Positions 52,478 through 62,877 of a DNA stretch of 64,000 nt are shown here, piece by piece (within the stretch, counting starts at the first letter, position 1; each line of letters starts with the position of its first letter). A program made the position numbers and the translations under genes. Under the pieces are notes generated by a model that was not told the DNA's origin, did no database searches, and saw only the letters and a list, made by a program, of their open reading frames with translations. Source of the stretch: Oscillibacter sp. (GTDB lineage Bacteria; Bacillota; Clostridia; Oscillospirales; Oscillospiraceae); assembly GCA_022652655.1 (NCBI GenBank), contig JALCRQ010000003.1, positions 27,668-91,667 of the forward strand. The letters are read 5' to 3'.

Positions 52478-54219
52478 CCCTGGGGTCCTCCTCCGCCGCC
52501 GGAGGGCATTCCCCCGCCGGAAGGCATGCTGCCGCCGGAGGGCATTCCGCCGCCTCCCGTGCCGCCGCCCATCATCATGGAGTTGTTGGACTGGGTGGAG
52601 CTGGAGGCGGCCGCCTTGATATAGGCCACGGTGTCGCCGCTCTGCAGGCCGTCGGTGATTTCAATGTAGCTGTCGTCGCTGATGCCGGTGGTCACCTGAA
52701 CGTATACATAGCCGTCCGGCGCGTCCTGATCCAGCGCCTTGGAGGCGCTGGGGGAGTCCTCGGTCACCAGCACGGTGCTGCCGCGGTTGACGGCGGCGCT
52801 GGGGATTGCCAGCACATTGTCCGCCTCGCTGATGATGATCTCCGCGTCCACGTTCATGCCGGGCAGAAGCCCGTCGGTTTCGTCGATGCGCACCGTGACG
52901 GGGTAGGTGGTGGTGCCGTTGGTGGTGGTGCCGGCCACAGACACCTTGGTGATGGTGCCGGTGTAGGTCTTGCCCTCCACGGCGTCGGCGGTGACGGATA
53001 CGCTCTGCCCCACGGAGACCTTGCTGATGTCCAGCTCGTCGATGTTCATGGTCATTTCCAGATAGCTGAGATCATAGATCGTGCAGAGTGTGGTGCCGGA
53101 TTCCACCTTGTCGCCGGCCTTGTATTCCTTGTCGACGATGGTGCCCGCAATGGGGGAGGTGATGGTGTAGTTGTCCAGCTGATCCTGGGTGCTCTCCATG
53201 GAGAGATTGGCGTTGGACAGCTGATCCTTGGCGCTTTGAATCTGATCCTCCAGGGTGCTTCCGCCCAGGGTGACAATGGTCTGATTCCTGCTTACGGAGG
53301 AGCCCTCCCGGGCGTTGACGGCCGTGACGGTACCGGCTACGGAGGCGGTGACGGTGCTGTCCGTGCGGAACTGGAAGGTGCCGGAGGCGGCGCAGTTGAT
53401 TCCGGCGATGGAGACGGTGGCCGCCTGGCTGCTGCTCAGTCCGCCCGGATTTTTGACGTTGACGGTGACGTTGCGGACAATGCTGTTGCCGGTCTGCACG
53501 ATGTTGCTGCCGGAGATGCTCTCCACCGTACCGGTGAGGGTTTCAAAGCTGTTGTCCAGCGTCACGGTGGCAGTCTGCCCTGCGTAAAATTTCTTGGCGT
53601 CGTCCGCAGGGAAGGGAACGGTCAGCTTCATGGTGGAGCTGTTCCGGACGGTGGCGATGGTCTGCCCCTGCTTTACCTCGTCGCCCACGGAAACGTCCAG
53701 GGAATAGACGGTGCCCGAAACAGGCGATTTGACATGGGCGTTGTCCAGCGCGGACTCATAGCTGCGCTGGGCCTGGCTCAGAGAGAGCTGCGCTTTTTCA
53801 ATATTGTTGGAGACGTCGGAGCTGTCGATCTGATAGAGGGCGGTGTCCTTTTCCACCGTGTCGCCCTCGCTGAAGTCGGCAGAGGTGATGTTGCCCTCCA
53901 CCAGCGTTGTGACGGTGTAGGAATTGGCGGCTTCCAGCGTGCCGCTGCTGGTCAGCGCCTGGGTAATGGTTCGGGTTTCCGCGGCTTTTTCCGTATAGGA
54001 TACGTCCTGGGCGGCAGACTTGGCGGCGTGCCTGCGAATCAGCAGGAACACGGCCGCGGCCGCCAGAAGGAGTGCGAGAATCAACAGAATTTTCCGGCGT
54101 TTCGACATCTTTTTTCTGGGAGCGGCGCCGCTCCGGTGAAAGTTCCACCGTCTCTTTTTGACGCTGCCGTCTGTTTTCGGCGCGGCCTCCCCGGCGGCTT
54201 TTTGCAGTTCTTCGTTCAT
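52474..54219 (-). CDS. HlyD/MacA-type periplasmic adaptor with a Gly-rich MPSGG-repeat tail
   Basis: Membrane anchor ILLILALLLAAAAVFLLI, followed by coiled-coil, lipoyl-like, beta-barrel and MP domains. The C-terminus is [35 protein letters not shown] chose ATG 54219; the track gives TTG 54231. Confidence 0.85.
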   Translation of the reverse strand: MNEELQKAAGEAAPKTDGSVKKRRWNFHRSGAAPRKKMSKRRKILLILALLLAAAAVFLLIRRHAAKSAAQDVSYTEKAAETRTITQALTSSGTLEAANSYTVTTLVEGNITSADFSEGDTVEKDTALYQIDSSDVSNNIEKAQLSLSQAQRSYESALDNAHVKSPVSGTVYSLDVSVGDEVKQGQTIATVRNSSTMKLTVPFPADDAKKFYAGQTATVTLDNSFETLTGTVESISGSNIVQTGNSIVRNVTVNVKNPGGLSSSQAATVSIAGINCAASGTFQFRTDSTVTASVAGTVTAVNAREGSSVSRNQTIVTLGGSTLEDQIQSAKDQLSNANLSMESTQDQLDNYTITSPIAGTIVDKEYKAGDKVESGTTLCTIYDLSYLEMTMNIDELDISKVSVGQSVSVTADAVEGKTYTGTITKVSVAGTTTNGTTTYPVTVRIDETDGLLPGMNVDAEIIISEADNVLAIPSAAVNRGSTVLVTEDSPSASKALDQDAPDGYVYVQVTTGISDDSYIEITDGLQSGDTVAYIKAAASSSTQSNNSMMMGGGTGGGGMPSGGSMPSGGGMPSGGGGGPQG

Positions 54220-54424
54220 GCTTCCGATCAACCCTTTCCGGATTTGAGATTTCCCACTGATCCGCTGATTTACCGTTTGTTGGGTTTATTATAAAAAAGA
54301 AAAATAAAACCAAACTGAAAACACGGGTGTCCCGCTGGAAATTTCCGGGTCTGACCCGGCAGCGCGCCGGGCATACTTCCTGCCGCTTTTTCATATAGGA
54401 CTCCTGATTAAGGAGGAGTGCCGT

Positions 54425-55375
54425 ATGAAACTGGTCGTCTGGAGGGGGAAAGCCCCTCTGATCCTGTCTCTTGTGCTGGTGCTGGGCATGGCAGGGTACC
54501 TGCTCGCCTATCCGTCCCTGGCCGGTGCGTATGCTGCAAACCGGCCCCTGCCGATTTACTGTGTGGACCGGCAGCAAAAAATCTGCTCGGTCAGCTTCGA
54601 TGCCGCCTGGGGCAACGAGGATACGCAGAGTCTCATCGATACGCTGGGGAAGTATCACGTCAAGGCAACGTTTTTTGTAGTGGGGGATTGGGCGGAGAAA
54701 TATCCGGATTCCGTGAAGGCGCTGGCGGCGGCAGGTCACGAGGTGATGAGCCATTCGGCGCACCACGACCACTACAACGCCCTCTCCGCTCAGCAGATCA
54801 CGGCGGATCTGCGCGCCGGCTGCGAAAGCGTCAAAGCCGTCACCGGCAAGAGCCCGACCCTGATCCGCTGTCCCTACGGCGAATACGACAGCCACGTCAT
54901 TGAGACGATCCGGGCATGCGGCATGGAGCCCATCCAGTGGGACGTTGACTCCCTGGACTGGAAGGGCATTTCCGCGGAGGAAATTCAAAAGCGGGTGGAG
55001 AACTCGGTGGGGCCGGGGAGCATTATCCTCTTCCACAATGCCGCCAAGCATACGCCGGAGGCGCTGCCCGGGATTCTGGAGAGCCTGATTGCCAAGGGGT
55101 ACGCCATCGTGCCCGTCTCACAGCTGATCTACCCCGGAAAGTGCGGCAGGGATTTTACCATTGACCACACCGGCAGGCAGATTCCTGCGGCTCCCCGGGC
55201 CGCCGGCCCCGCGGCGCCGCAAAACCCTGCCGACGGGTCGAAGGCGGAGGCTCCGGCGGGATCTGGCAGGCAGCCGTCGGGTGTATCTGGTCGGACTTCC
55301 CCCGAAAAGGCGGCGGGGGAAAAGACTGCCCCCGTCCTCAGGCTGTTCCGGCTCCGGTATGAGATCGCAGGATAG
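54425..55375 (+). CDS. polysaccharide deacetylase (NodB homology, PgdA/PdaA-like)
   Basis: VSFDAAWGNEDT...ATFFVVGDW...GHEVMSHSAHH...IRCPYGEY...ILFHN matches NodB motifs 1-5. It has an N-terminal anchor and a low-complexity C-terminus. Confidence 0.85.
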   Translation: MKLVVWRGKAPLILSLVLVLGMAGYLLAYPSLAGAYAANRPLPIYCVDRQQKICSVSFDAAWGNEDTQSLIDTLGKYHVKATFFVVGDWAEKYPDSVKALAAAGHEVMSHSAHHDHYNALSAQQITADLRAGCESVKAVTGKSPTLIRCPYGEYDSHVIETIRACGMEPIQWDVDSLDWKGISAEEIQKRVENSVGPGSIILFHNAAKHTPEALPGILESLIAKGYAIVPVSQLIYPGKCGRDFTIDHTGRQIPAAPRAAGPAAPQNPADGSKAEAPAGSGRQPSGVSGRTSPEKAAGEKTAPVLRLFRLRYEIAG

Positions 55376-55411
55376 AAAAAAGCCCCTCTCCCGCGGGAGA
55401 GGGGCTTTTTT
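55376..55411. terminator. bidirectional intrinsic terminator
   Basis: AAAAAAGCCCCTCTCCCGCGGGAGAGGGGCTTTTTT. Confidence 0.8.
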
Positions 55412-56956
55412 CTATTTGGCAAGATGAACGGTACAGGAGCCCAATTTAAAGAAGGGGTTCGCCGCGGTGGGGCTGAGCCCCTGCACAACGTCCTTCTGGG
55501 TGAGGACGGACGTGCGCTTGAAGCAGATGGGAAGAATGGGCGCCTCCTGCTTGAAATAGCGGCACAGCGATTCCATGGCGGCGGCGCGGTCGACAGACGC
55601 GGCGTACTGATTGATGAGAAGATCCATGGTGGCGTTGGTGTAGCCGCCGTAGTTCAGGGCGCCGCCGGTGCCCAGCAGCGCGCGGCAGTCCCAGTCCGCG
55701 CTGAGCCGGACCTCACCGTAGAAAAGGTCAAAGTTTCCGGAGGAGAGGGCTGCCAGGTAGTCGCTCCATACCAGAGCATTCACCGTAATGCGCAGACCCG
55801 AGGCGCTGAGAGAGGACGCAATGAATTTTGCGGCGGAGACCTTGAAGGAGTTTTCACTGTTGACGATCAGCGTCAGCTCACGGCTGCCGCCGGCGGGCAG
55901 AGCGGCCTGCAGGGCCGCCGTGTAGCTGCTTAGGGAGTATTCGTCCTCCAGTTTGGCGGGATAGAGCGAGGAGACCGGGTTGACGGGGAATTGAGCCGCC
56001 GCGGCATGGCCGGAGAGATAGGCCCGGGATATGGCGTTCCGGTCGATCCCCAGGCTCAGCGCCCGGCGGAGAGCGCTGTCGGCAAAGAGCGGGCGGCGCA
56101 GATTGAACCCGAGATACTGGAGAATCGTGGTGTCGGCGTCGGAGAACTCAAAACTGCCGGTGGCGCTGAGAGGCTGCGTGCCCGTCAGGTCGCAGACCAG
56201 CAGCTGCACCGCGTGGGAGGTGAACTGATACCGGGCAGCGTCCTCCTCCTCGCAGGCTACAAGGCCGATTCGGTTCACCGGCTGCGTGTTCCCGCCCCAC
56301 CAGGCGGCATTGGCGGAGAGATATTTGCCGCTGCCGTCGGAGACAAAGCAGTAGGGCCCGGTTCCCACGGGGACGGACGTATCCTCGGTGCCGGATTTGA
56401 CGATGGGAATATCCAGCAGGGCCGGAAGTCCGGTGTCCGCCCGGTTCAGGGAGACCAGGACGGCGCCGCCGGCGGTGCCCACGGATTTGATCACGGCCAG
56501 GCGGGAGCCGTAGCGCCCGCTGGCGCAGGCGCGCCGGAGCGATGCCGCCGCGTCCTCCGCCGTCAGAGGCGAGCCGTCGGAAAAGGTGACGCCGCTGCGC
56601 AGCGTGAAGCTCCAGGTGAAAGAGGCGGCGTCGTAATTGGAGACGCTGCACAGCCGGGGTTCCGGTTCCGCCTTTCGGTTCAGCTCGTACAGTCCCTCGT
56701 ACAGCAGGGACGCCACGGTCTGCTGAATGCCGTCGGGGCATGTGACGGGGTCCAGCGTCGCGCCGGACAGATAGGGCAGGGCAAACCCGGAGGGCAGCGC
56801 CGGGGACTCGGTATCGGTCTGCTCCTGAGACGAGAAGGGGGAGGAGCCTGAGCCGGCAGAGAGACCGCCCCCGCAGCCGGTGAGAAGCATCGCCGGCAGG
56901 AGCAGCACAGATAAAATTTTTACAATGGCTTGACGATTCATTTTATACTTCCACAC
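55412..56956 (-). CDS. family-5 (peptide/nickel-type) ABC substrate-binding lipoprotein, with no cognate permease genes nearby
   Basis: Lipobox LLTGC. Length and sequence (e.g. FSDGSPLTAEDAAASL, NYGGY) are typical of SBP_bac_5. GTG start. Confidence 0.8.
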   Translation of the reverse strand: MWKYKMNRQAIVKILSVLLLPAMLLTGCGGGLSAGSGSSPFSSQEQTDTESPALPSGFALPYLSGATLDPVTCPDGIQQTVASLLYEGLYELNRKAEPEPRLCSVSNYDAASFTWSFTLRSGVTFSDGSPLTAEDAAASLRRACASGRYGSRLAVIKSVGTAGGAVLVSLNRADTGLPALLDIPIVKSGTEDTSVPVGTGPYCFVSDGSGKYLSANAAWWGGNTQPVNRIGLVACEEEDAARYQFTSHAVQLLVCDLTGTQPLSATGSFEFSDADTTILQYLGFNLRRPLFADSALRRALSLGIDRNAISRAYLSGHAAAAQFPVNPVSSLYPAKLEDEYSLSSYTAALQAALPAGGSRELTLIVNSENSFKVSAAKFIASSLSASGLRITVNALVWSDYLAALSSGNFDLFYGEVRLSADWDCRALLGTGGALNYGGYTNATMDLLINQYAASVDRAAAMESLCRYFKQEAPILPICFKRTSVLTQKDVVQGLSPTAANPFFKLGSCTVHLAK

Positions 56957-56995
56957 TCATTTCGCGGCCGGAAAGGCCGCCGGGTTCCGCCCCGG

Positions 56996-57805
56996 TCAGC
57001 ACAGGGCGATCATGGCCACCTGTGCGCCCCGGGCGTCTCCCATTTTCCGATAGGACCAGAAAAGATCGGGACGGCAGGCGGTGCACAGTCCGCATTCGTC
57101 GATGTGCTCCGGAAGAAGCCCGGCCCGGAGAAGCCACCGGCGGTTCAGCCCCGCCAGATCCACGTGCCACTTGGGGCCCCGGCGGGTGAGATACGGCTCC
57201 GCCTCCCGCCCCAGGGATGCGCGCATGGCGTCCGGCACGTCGGCGTCGGTTTCAAAGCAGCAGGGCCCGATGCACGGGCCGATGGCGGCCAGAAGATTCC
57301 GGGGCTCCGTCCCGAAGGCGTCCGTCATGACGCCCACGGTTTTCTCCGCAATTCCCGCGGCGCAGCCCCGCCATCCGGCGTGGACGGCGCCTGCGGAGTG
57401 GGCGGCGGGGTCGTACAGGAGAAGAATACCGCAGTCCGCGGAAAAGACCGTCAGCGGAAGATCCTTTTCCCGGGTGACCAGTGCGTCCGCGGTATAGTCC
57501 CGCTGGGCGTACAGCCCCTTTCCGGCGTCGCCGCTATCGCAGATTCGGACGGTGGCTTCGTGTACCTGCTTGGAGAGGACGGCCCGGCGGGGGTCCGCCC
57601 CGATGCAGGCGCAGAAGCGCCGGTAGTTTTCGGCCACCGCCGCCGGCTCGTCGCCCCGGCCGGGGCCCAGATTCAGCGTATCGAAGGGCGGCGCGCTGAC
57701 GCCGCCTTTCCGGGTGGAAAAGCCGTGGACGACGCCGGGACAGCCGTCCAGCAGGGGGGAGGTAAGGGCGAGCAGATCGCCCTGCCGGTGAAAACAAAAA
57801 GACAT
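56996..57805 (-). CDS. pgeF: peptidoglycan editing factor PgeF (YfiH/DUF152, laccase-domain protein)
   Basis: VHGFSTRKGGVS...QVH...ADCGILLLYDP...GAVHAGWRG...IGPCIGPCCFE. ATG 57805 follows GGAGGA. Confidence 0.85.
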   Translation of the reverse strand: MSFCFHRQGDLLALTSPLLDGCPGVVHGFSTRKGGVSAPPFDTLNLGPGRGDEPAAVAENYRRFCACIGADPRRAVLSKQVHEATVRICDSGDAGKGLYAQRDYTADALVTREKDLPLTVFSADCGILLLYDPAAHSAGAVHAGWRGCAAGIAEKTVGVMTDAFGTEPRNLLAAIGPCIGPCCFETDADVPDAMRASLGREAEPYLTRRGPKWHVDLAGLNRRWLLRAGLLPEHIDECGLCTACRPDLFWSYRKMGDARGAQVAMIALC

Positions 57806-57806
57806 A

Positions 57807-58049
57807 TCAGTCCTCCGGATCATTGTGCTGCGGGGCGCCCGCAGGCTCCCTGCCGGGCAGCCAGCCCTCCAGGAGCTGGAAGATGCCCACCACCAGCAGC
57901 ACGAGCCCGCCGTAAACGCAAACGGCCGCGCCGGAGGTGTTCTGGAAAAAAACATAGCCGAAGGCCAGCGCCGCCAGCGCCAGCAGAATCAGTCCCACGC
58001 CCAGCAGCATCCGCTTGACGTCCAGGAGCAGCCGCTCGGTTTTGTTCAT
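57807..58049 (-). CDS. 80-aa two-TM membrane protein
   Basis: ATG 58049 lies 4 nt after AAAGGAGA. Two hydrophobic helices. The gene sits between secA and pgeF. Confidence 0.5.
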   Translation of the reverse strand: MNKTERLLLDVKRMLLGVGLILLALAALAFGYVFFQNTSGAAVCVYGGLVLLVVGIFQLLEGWLPGREPAGAPQHNDPED

Positions 58050-58130
58050 GTCGTCTCCTTTCAAAATGGAGCCCCCTGCCCACCGGCAGGTGAACAGGGG
58101 GATAAAAGGCAAAGCGCCGGTAAAAGGCGA

Positions 58131-60884
58131 TTACAGATCGGGGTGATACTCCTTGCAGGTACACTTCTTCCACTTCAGGCCGCTGCCGCAGGGGCAGAGG
58201 TCGTTGCGTCCGATTTTGTTGACCCGGGTGGGCTGCTTTTTCGGAGCGGTGCCGTCGCCGCCCACATTTTCCACCATGCCCTTGGCCACGCGCTCTCGCT
58301 TGACCTCCTCGTCCTTCCGCAGACGGACGGAGAACATGCGGCGCACAGTCTCGTTTTGAATGGCGGCCACCATCTCCTCAAACATGGACAGGGACTCCTG
58401 CTTGTAGGCGATGATGGGATCGGTATTGGCATAGGCTCTCAGGCGGATGCCCTGCTTGAGATCGTCCATGGCGTCGATGTGATCCATCCAGTACTCGTCC
58501 ACGACGCGGAGCATGATGACGCGCTCCAGCTCCCGCATGACGGGAGAGGTGATCTCGGCTTCCTTGGCGTCGTAGGTCTTGACGGCTGCCTCATAGAAAA
58601 GCTCCGTATAGTCCTGCGCCGTCTTGCCGGAGACGAAAGCCTCGTCCGGCTTGAAGGTGTATTTGGGGAAGTACAGCCCCTCCAGCCCCCGCAGCATCTC
58701 CCGGCAGTCCGCCAGCTCCAGGGCCTGCTTTTCGCCGAAGGCCATGGCCACGTGGTTTTCCAGGGCGGAGCGGGTCATGGAGAGGATGTTTTCCTTCATG
58801 TCCATGCCGTCCAGCACCTGGCGGCGCTGCTTGTAGATGATCTCGCGCTGCTTGTTCATCACGTCGTCGTACTCGAGGACGGACTTTCTGGACTGGAAGT
58901 TCCGGGATTCCACGGTGGTCTGGGCGTTTTCAATGGCCTTGGTAAGCATCTTGCTCTCGATGGGCGTATCCTCGTCCAGGGAGATTTTCTCCATCATGGC
59001 CTGAATACGCTCTCCGCCGAAAAGACGCATGAGGTCGTCCTCCAGGGAGATATAGAACCGCGTCTCGCCGGGGTCGCCCTGACGGCCGGCACGACCGCGG
59101 AGCTGATTGTCGATCCGGCGGGAGTCGTGGCGCTCGGTGCCGATGATAAAGAGGCCGCCTGCCTGGCAGACCCGCTCGGCCTCGTCGGTGATCTGCTCTT
59201 TATGGAGGGCCAGCCGGTCGGCAAAGAGCTTTCGGGCGTCCAGAATTTCCTGGTTCTCCGTCTCGGCGTAGCCGGTGGCTTCGGCGATGAGCTCGTCGCT
59301 GAGGCCGGATTTGCGCAGATCTGCCGTGGCCAGATACTCGGCGTTGCCGCCCAGCATGATGTCGGTGCCGCGTCCGGCCATGTTGGTGGCCACGGTGACG
59401 GCGCCGAATTTGCCGGCCTGGGCGATGATCTCCGCCTCTTTTTCGTGGTTTTTGGCGTTGAGCAGATTGTGGGCGATGCCCTCGTGGGCCAGCAGCTTGC
59501 TGAGAGTTTCGTTTTTCTCGATGGAGACGGTGCCCACCAGCACGGGCTGGCCCTTTTCATGGCACTCCTTGACCTGGGCGATGACGGCGCGGTATTTGCC
59601 CGCCTCCGTCTTGTACACCACGTCGTGATGGTCGTTCCGGGCGTTGGGGCGGTTGGTGGGAACCTCTACAATGTCCAGATCGTAGATGGTGGCAAATTCC
59701 TCCTGCTCGGTCATGGCGGTGCCCGTCATGCCGGAGAGCTTGCCGTACAGGCGGAAATAGTTCTGGAAGGTGATCGTGGCCAGCGTCTTGTTCTCGCTGT
59801 TGACGGACACGTGCTCCTTGGCCTCGATGGCCTGGTGCAGTCCGTCGGAGTAGCGGCGGCCGAACATCAGCCGGCCGGTAAACTCGTCGACGATGATGAC
59901 CTCGCCGTCCTTGACCACATAGTCGATGTCTTTTTTCATGACGCCGTGGGCCCGGATGGCCTGATTGATGTGGTGGGACAGGGTGGAGTTCTCCGAATCC
60001 GCCAGGTTGTCCAGATGGAAGAATTCCTCCGCCTTGCGGATGCCGTTGGCGGTCAGCGCGGCGGTGCGGGCCTTTTCATCGACAATGTAGTCGGACGCCT
60101 CGTTGACGTCGTCCTCCTCCTTGTCACCTACCTCGGCCACCACCTTTTTCTTCAGGCGGGAGACGAACATCTCCGCCATATCGTAGAGCTGGGTGGACTT
60201 GTCGCCCTGGCCGGAGATGATCAGCGGCGTGCGGGCCTCGTCGATGAGGATGGAGTCCACCTCGTCCACGATGGCAAAGGCGTGGCCCCGCTGCACCAGC
60301 TCGCTTGCGTAGATGCACATGTTGTCCCGCAGATAATCGAAGCCCATCTCGTTGTTGGTGCCGTAGGTGATGTCCGCCTGGTAGGCGGCCTGACGCTGGG
60401 GCGTGGTCAGGCCGTGGACGATCAGGCCCACGGTGAGGCCCAGAAAACGGTAGACCTTGCCCATCCACTCGCTGTCGCGCTTGGCCAGGTAGTCGTTGAC
60501 GGTGACGATATGCACACCCTTCCCTGTCAGCGCGTTGAGGTAGGCGGGCAGCGTGGCCACCAGCGTCTTGCCCTCACCGGTTTTCATCTCGGCGATCCGG
60601 CCCTGATGAAGGATGATGCCGCCCACCAGCTGAACCCGATAGGGCCGCAGGCCCAGCACCCGGTCCGCGGCCTCGCGGACGGCGGCGAACGCCTCCGGCA
60701 GAATGTCGTCCAGCGCCGCGCCCTTCTGAAGGCGGTCTTTAAACTCCGCGGTCTTGTCGCGCAGCTGCTCATCTGTCAAGGCCTTGTATTCGTCGGCCAG
60801 CGCCTCGATTTTGTCAACGGTGGGATAAATCGATTTCAGTTCTCTCGAGCTGTAATCACCAAACAACTTTTTCATCAGACCCAT
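58131..60884 (-). CDS. secA: preprotein translocase ATPase SecA
   Basis: [14 protein letters not shown].., Walker [14 protein letters not shown]-like [20 protein letters not shown], and a C-terminal zinc finger [12 protein letters not shown]. The start at ATG 60884 or 60875 is uncertain. Confidence 0.95.
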   Translation of the reverse strand: MGLMKKLFGDYSSRELKSIYPTVDKIEALADEYKALTDEQLRDKTAEFKDRLQKGAALDDILPEAFAAVREAADRVLGLRPYRVQLVGGIILHQGRIAEMKTGEGKTLVATLPAYLNALTGKGVHIVTVNDYLAKRDSEWMGKVYRFLGLTVGLIVHGLTTPQRQAAYQADITYGTNNEMGFDYLRDNMCIYASELVQRGHAFAIVDEVDSILIDEARTPLIISGQGDKSTQLYDMAEMFVSRLKKKVVAEVGDKEEDDVNEASDYIVDEKARTAALTANGIRKAEEFFHLDNLADSENSTLSHHINQAIRAHGVMKKDIDYVVKDGEVIIVDEFTGRLMFGRRYSDGLHQAIEAKEHVSVNSENKTLATITFQNYFRLYGKLSGMTGTAMTEQEEFATIYDLDIVEVPTNRPNARNDHHDVVYKTEAGKYRAVIAQVKECHEKGQPVLVGTVSIEKNETLSKLLAHEGIAHNLLNAKNHEKEAEIIAQAGKFGAVTVATNMAGRGTDIMLGGNAEYLATADLRKSGLSDELIAEATGYAETENQEILDARKLFADRLALHKEQITDEAERVCQAGGLFIIGTERHDSRRIDNQLRGRAGRQGDPGETRFYISLEDDLMRLFGGERIQAMMEKISLDEDTPIESKMLTKAIENAQTTVESRNFQSRKSVLEYDDVMNKQREIIYKQRRQVLDGMDMKENILSMTRSALENHVAMAFGEKQALELADCREMLRGLEGLYFPKYTFKPDEAFVSGKTAQDYTELFYEAAVKTYDAKEAEITSPVMRELERVIMLRVVDEYWMDHIDAMDDLKQGIRLRAYANTDPIIAYKQESLSMFEEMVAAIQNETVRRMFSVRLRKDEEVKRERVAKGMVENVGGDGTAPKKQPTRVNKIGRNDLCPCGSGLKWKKCTCKEYHPDL

Positions 60885-61272
60885 GGTGGTTGAAACATCC
60901 TTTCTCAAAATCCGCCGGAGAGCCGGGAGGAGAATCCGGCGGATGAATCACATAACATTTGGAAAAATACACATATACAAAGCAAGTGTAGCATAGCACA
61001 ACTCGTTCCGGATTGCAAAGAAAAAACGGGCGGCGGCTGAAAAGTTCACAATTTGGAAGAAAACGGAGAACGAAACCGACTGTCCGGAGAGAAAAAGTGC
61101 CCCGAAAGGAACCTCCGGCGCCCCAAACCGCCTGCTTGCTCCCGGTGGGGATTTGTGCTATATTCAGATTCATAGTAGGGGAAACGGGGAAAAGCCCCGG
61201 GACGTCGCACCCCAGGCGCTGCGCCCCGGCGGCCGTATCCGCGGATTGATTCTGCGTAAGGAGGATATTGCA

Positions 61273-62877
61273 ATGAAACTCAGCTTTTTCGGCGCCGACC
61301 AGTGCGTGACCGGCAGCTGCCACTGCATCGAGGTCAATGGAAAAAGGATTCTCATTGACTGCGGACTGCAGCAGGGGCGGGACGAAATCGACAATGCGGA
61401 GTTCCCGTTCGCACCCGGACAGATTGATTTCGTACTGGTGACCCATGCCCACATCGACCACACCGGAAGGATTCCGCTTCTGGTCCGCCAGGGCTTCCGT
61501 GGGCAGATTCTCACCACCCGCCTGACGGCCGGCCTCATGCGGATTATGCTGCTGGACTCAGCCCACATTCAGGAGCAGGACGCACAGTGGAAAACCCGCA
61601 AGGGAGAGCGCGCCGGCGCGCCGCCCACGGAGCCGCTTTACACCGTGGAGGACGCCCAGAGCACGGAGCAGTATCTCAAAACCTGCGAGTACGGGCAGAC
61701 GGTGGAGCTCTGCCGGGGCGTGCAGGTGCGCTTCGTGGACGCCGGGCACCTGCTGGGCTCCGCCTCCGTGATTCTGGATCTTTCCGAGAACGGCGTTGAA
61801 AAGCGCGTGGTGTTCTCCGGCGATCTGGGCAACGTCAATCAGCCTATTATCCGGGATCCGACCCATATCCCCGGGGCGGACTATGTGGTGATGGAGTCCA
61901 CCTACGGCGACCGCAACCACGGCGAGGCGTGGAGCTATACCGACGATCTGGCGCAGATCATCGACGAAACCATGGCCCGGGGCGGCAATGTGGTAATCCC
62001 GTCCTTTGCCGTGGGCCGCACCCAGGAGCTGCTCTATTTCATCCGGGAGATCAAGGATCAGCGGATGGTAAAGTCCGAGCCGGACTTCCCGGTGTATATT
62101 GACTCCCCCCTGGCCCGGGAGGCCACCCAGATCTTTACCGGCGACCTGCGGGGCTATCTGGACGAGGAGGCCCTCCGCCTGGTGGCGGACGGGACCCACA
62201 TGTTCAGCTTCTCCAATCTGCATATGACCACCAGCATTGAGGAGTCCAAGGCCCTCAACGAGGACGGCGTTCCCAAGGTCATCATCTCCGCCTCCGGCAT
62301 GTGCGACGCAGGACGCATTCGCCACCACCTCAAGCACAACCTCTGGCGGCCGGAGTGCACCGTGGCGTTTGTGGGCTATCAGGGCGAGGGAACCCTGGGG
62401 CGCCATCTGCTGGACGGCACCAAGACGGTGAAGATGTTCGGCGAGGAGATCGCCGTCCGGGCAAAGATCGTCAACTACACGGGCCTTTCCTCCCACGCCG
62501 ACCGGGATCACCTCATCAGCTGGATCTCCGATTTCAGGGAGCCCAGGCCCCAGCAGGTGTTCGTGGTTCACGGAGACCGGGAGGTGGCGCCGTTTTTCGC
62601 CCAGACCGTGGCGTCTTTGGGCTTCGGCGCCCACGCGGCCCAGTATACAGAGGTTTACGACCTGGCGGCCGGATGCGTGCTGGAGCCGGGCTATCTGCCG
62701 GAGCGCAAGGTCCGGGCCTTCGAGGGCGCGGTGAAGGCGAGCCCTGCCTATCAGCGCCTGGTGGCGGTGGGCCAGATGCTTACGGAGTCCATCAAGCGCA
62801 GCCGCGGCCGGGACAACAAGTCTCTGGCCTGGTTTGCCGATCAGCTCAAAAAACTGCTTGAAAAGTGGGAAGCGTAA
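61273..62877 (+). CDS. MBL-fold metallo-hydrolase with a beta-CASP / RNA-specificity domain (RNase J/CPSF-like)
   Basis: HxHxDH motif VTHAHIDHTG plus beta-CASP motifs (..VMESTYGDR.., ..SSHADRD.., VVHGD). ATG 61273 follows TAAGGAGGA. Confidence 0.85.
   Translation: MKLSFFGADQCVTGSCHCIEVNGKRILIDCGLQQGRDEIDNAEFPFAPGQIDFVLVTHAHIDHTGRIPLLVRQGFRGQILTTRLTAGLMRIMLLDSAHIQEQDAQWKTRKGERAGAPPTEPLYTVEDAQSTEQYLKTCEYGQTVELCRGVQVRFVDAGHLLGSASVILDLSENGVEKRVVFSGDLGNVNQPIIRDPTHIPGADYVVMESTYGDRNHGEAWSYTDDLAQIIDETMARGGNVVIPSFAVGRTQELLYFIREIKDQRMVKSEPDFPVYIDSPLAREATQIFTGDLRGYLDEEALRLVADGTHMFSFSNLHMTTSIEESKALNEDGVPKVIISASGMCDAGRIRHHLKHNLWRPECTVAFVGYQGEGTLGRHLLDGTKTVKMFGEEIAVRAKIVNYTGLSSHADRDHLISWISDFREPRPQQVFVVHGDREVAPFFAQTVASLGFGAHAAQYTEVYDLAAGCVLEPGYLPERKVRAFEGAVKASPAYQRLVAVGQMLTESIKRSRGRDNKSLAWFADQLKKLLEKWEA

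Noticed and set aside
57825-60893. 1022-aa ORF on the plus strand, antisense to secA. It is the longest ORF in the track.
   Set aside because: secA on the minus strand is unambiguous. The antisense product is low-complexity (G/L/V/H/D).
61165-61272. A GC-rich structured leader upstream of the beta-CASP hydrolase (GGGGAAACGGGGAAAAGCCCCGGGACGUCGCACCCC...), considered as a possible riboswitch.
   Set aside because: I could not match it to any riboswitch class I know. It has no terminator and no obvious SD-sequestering helix. GC-rich hairpins are expected by chance in this genome.
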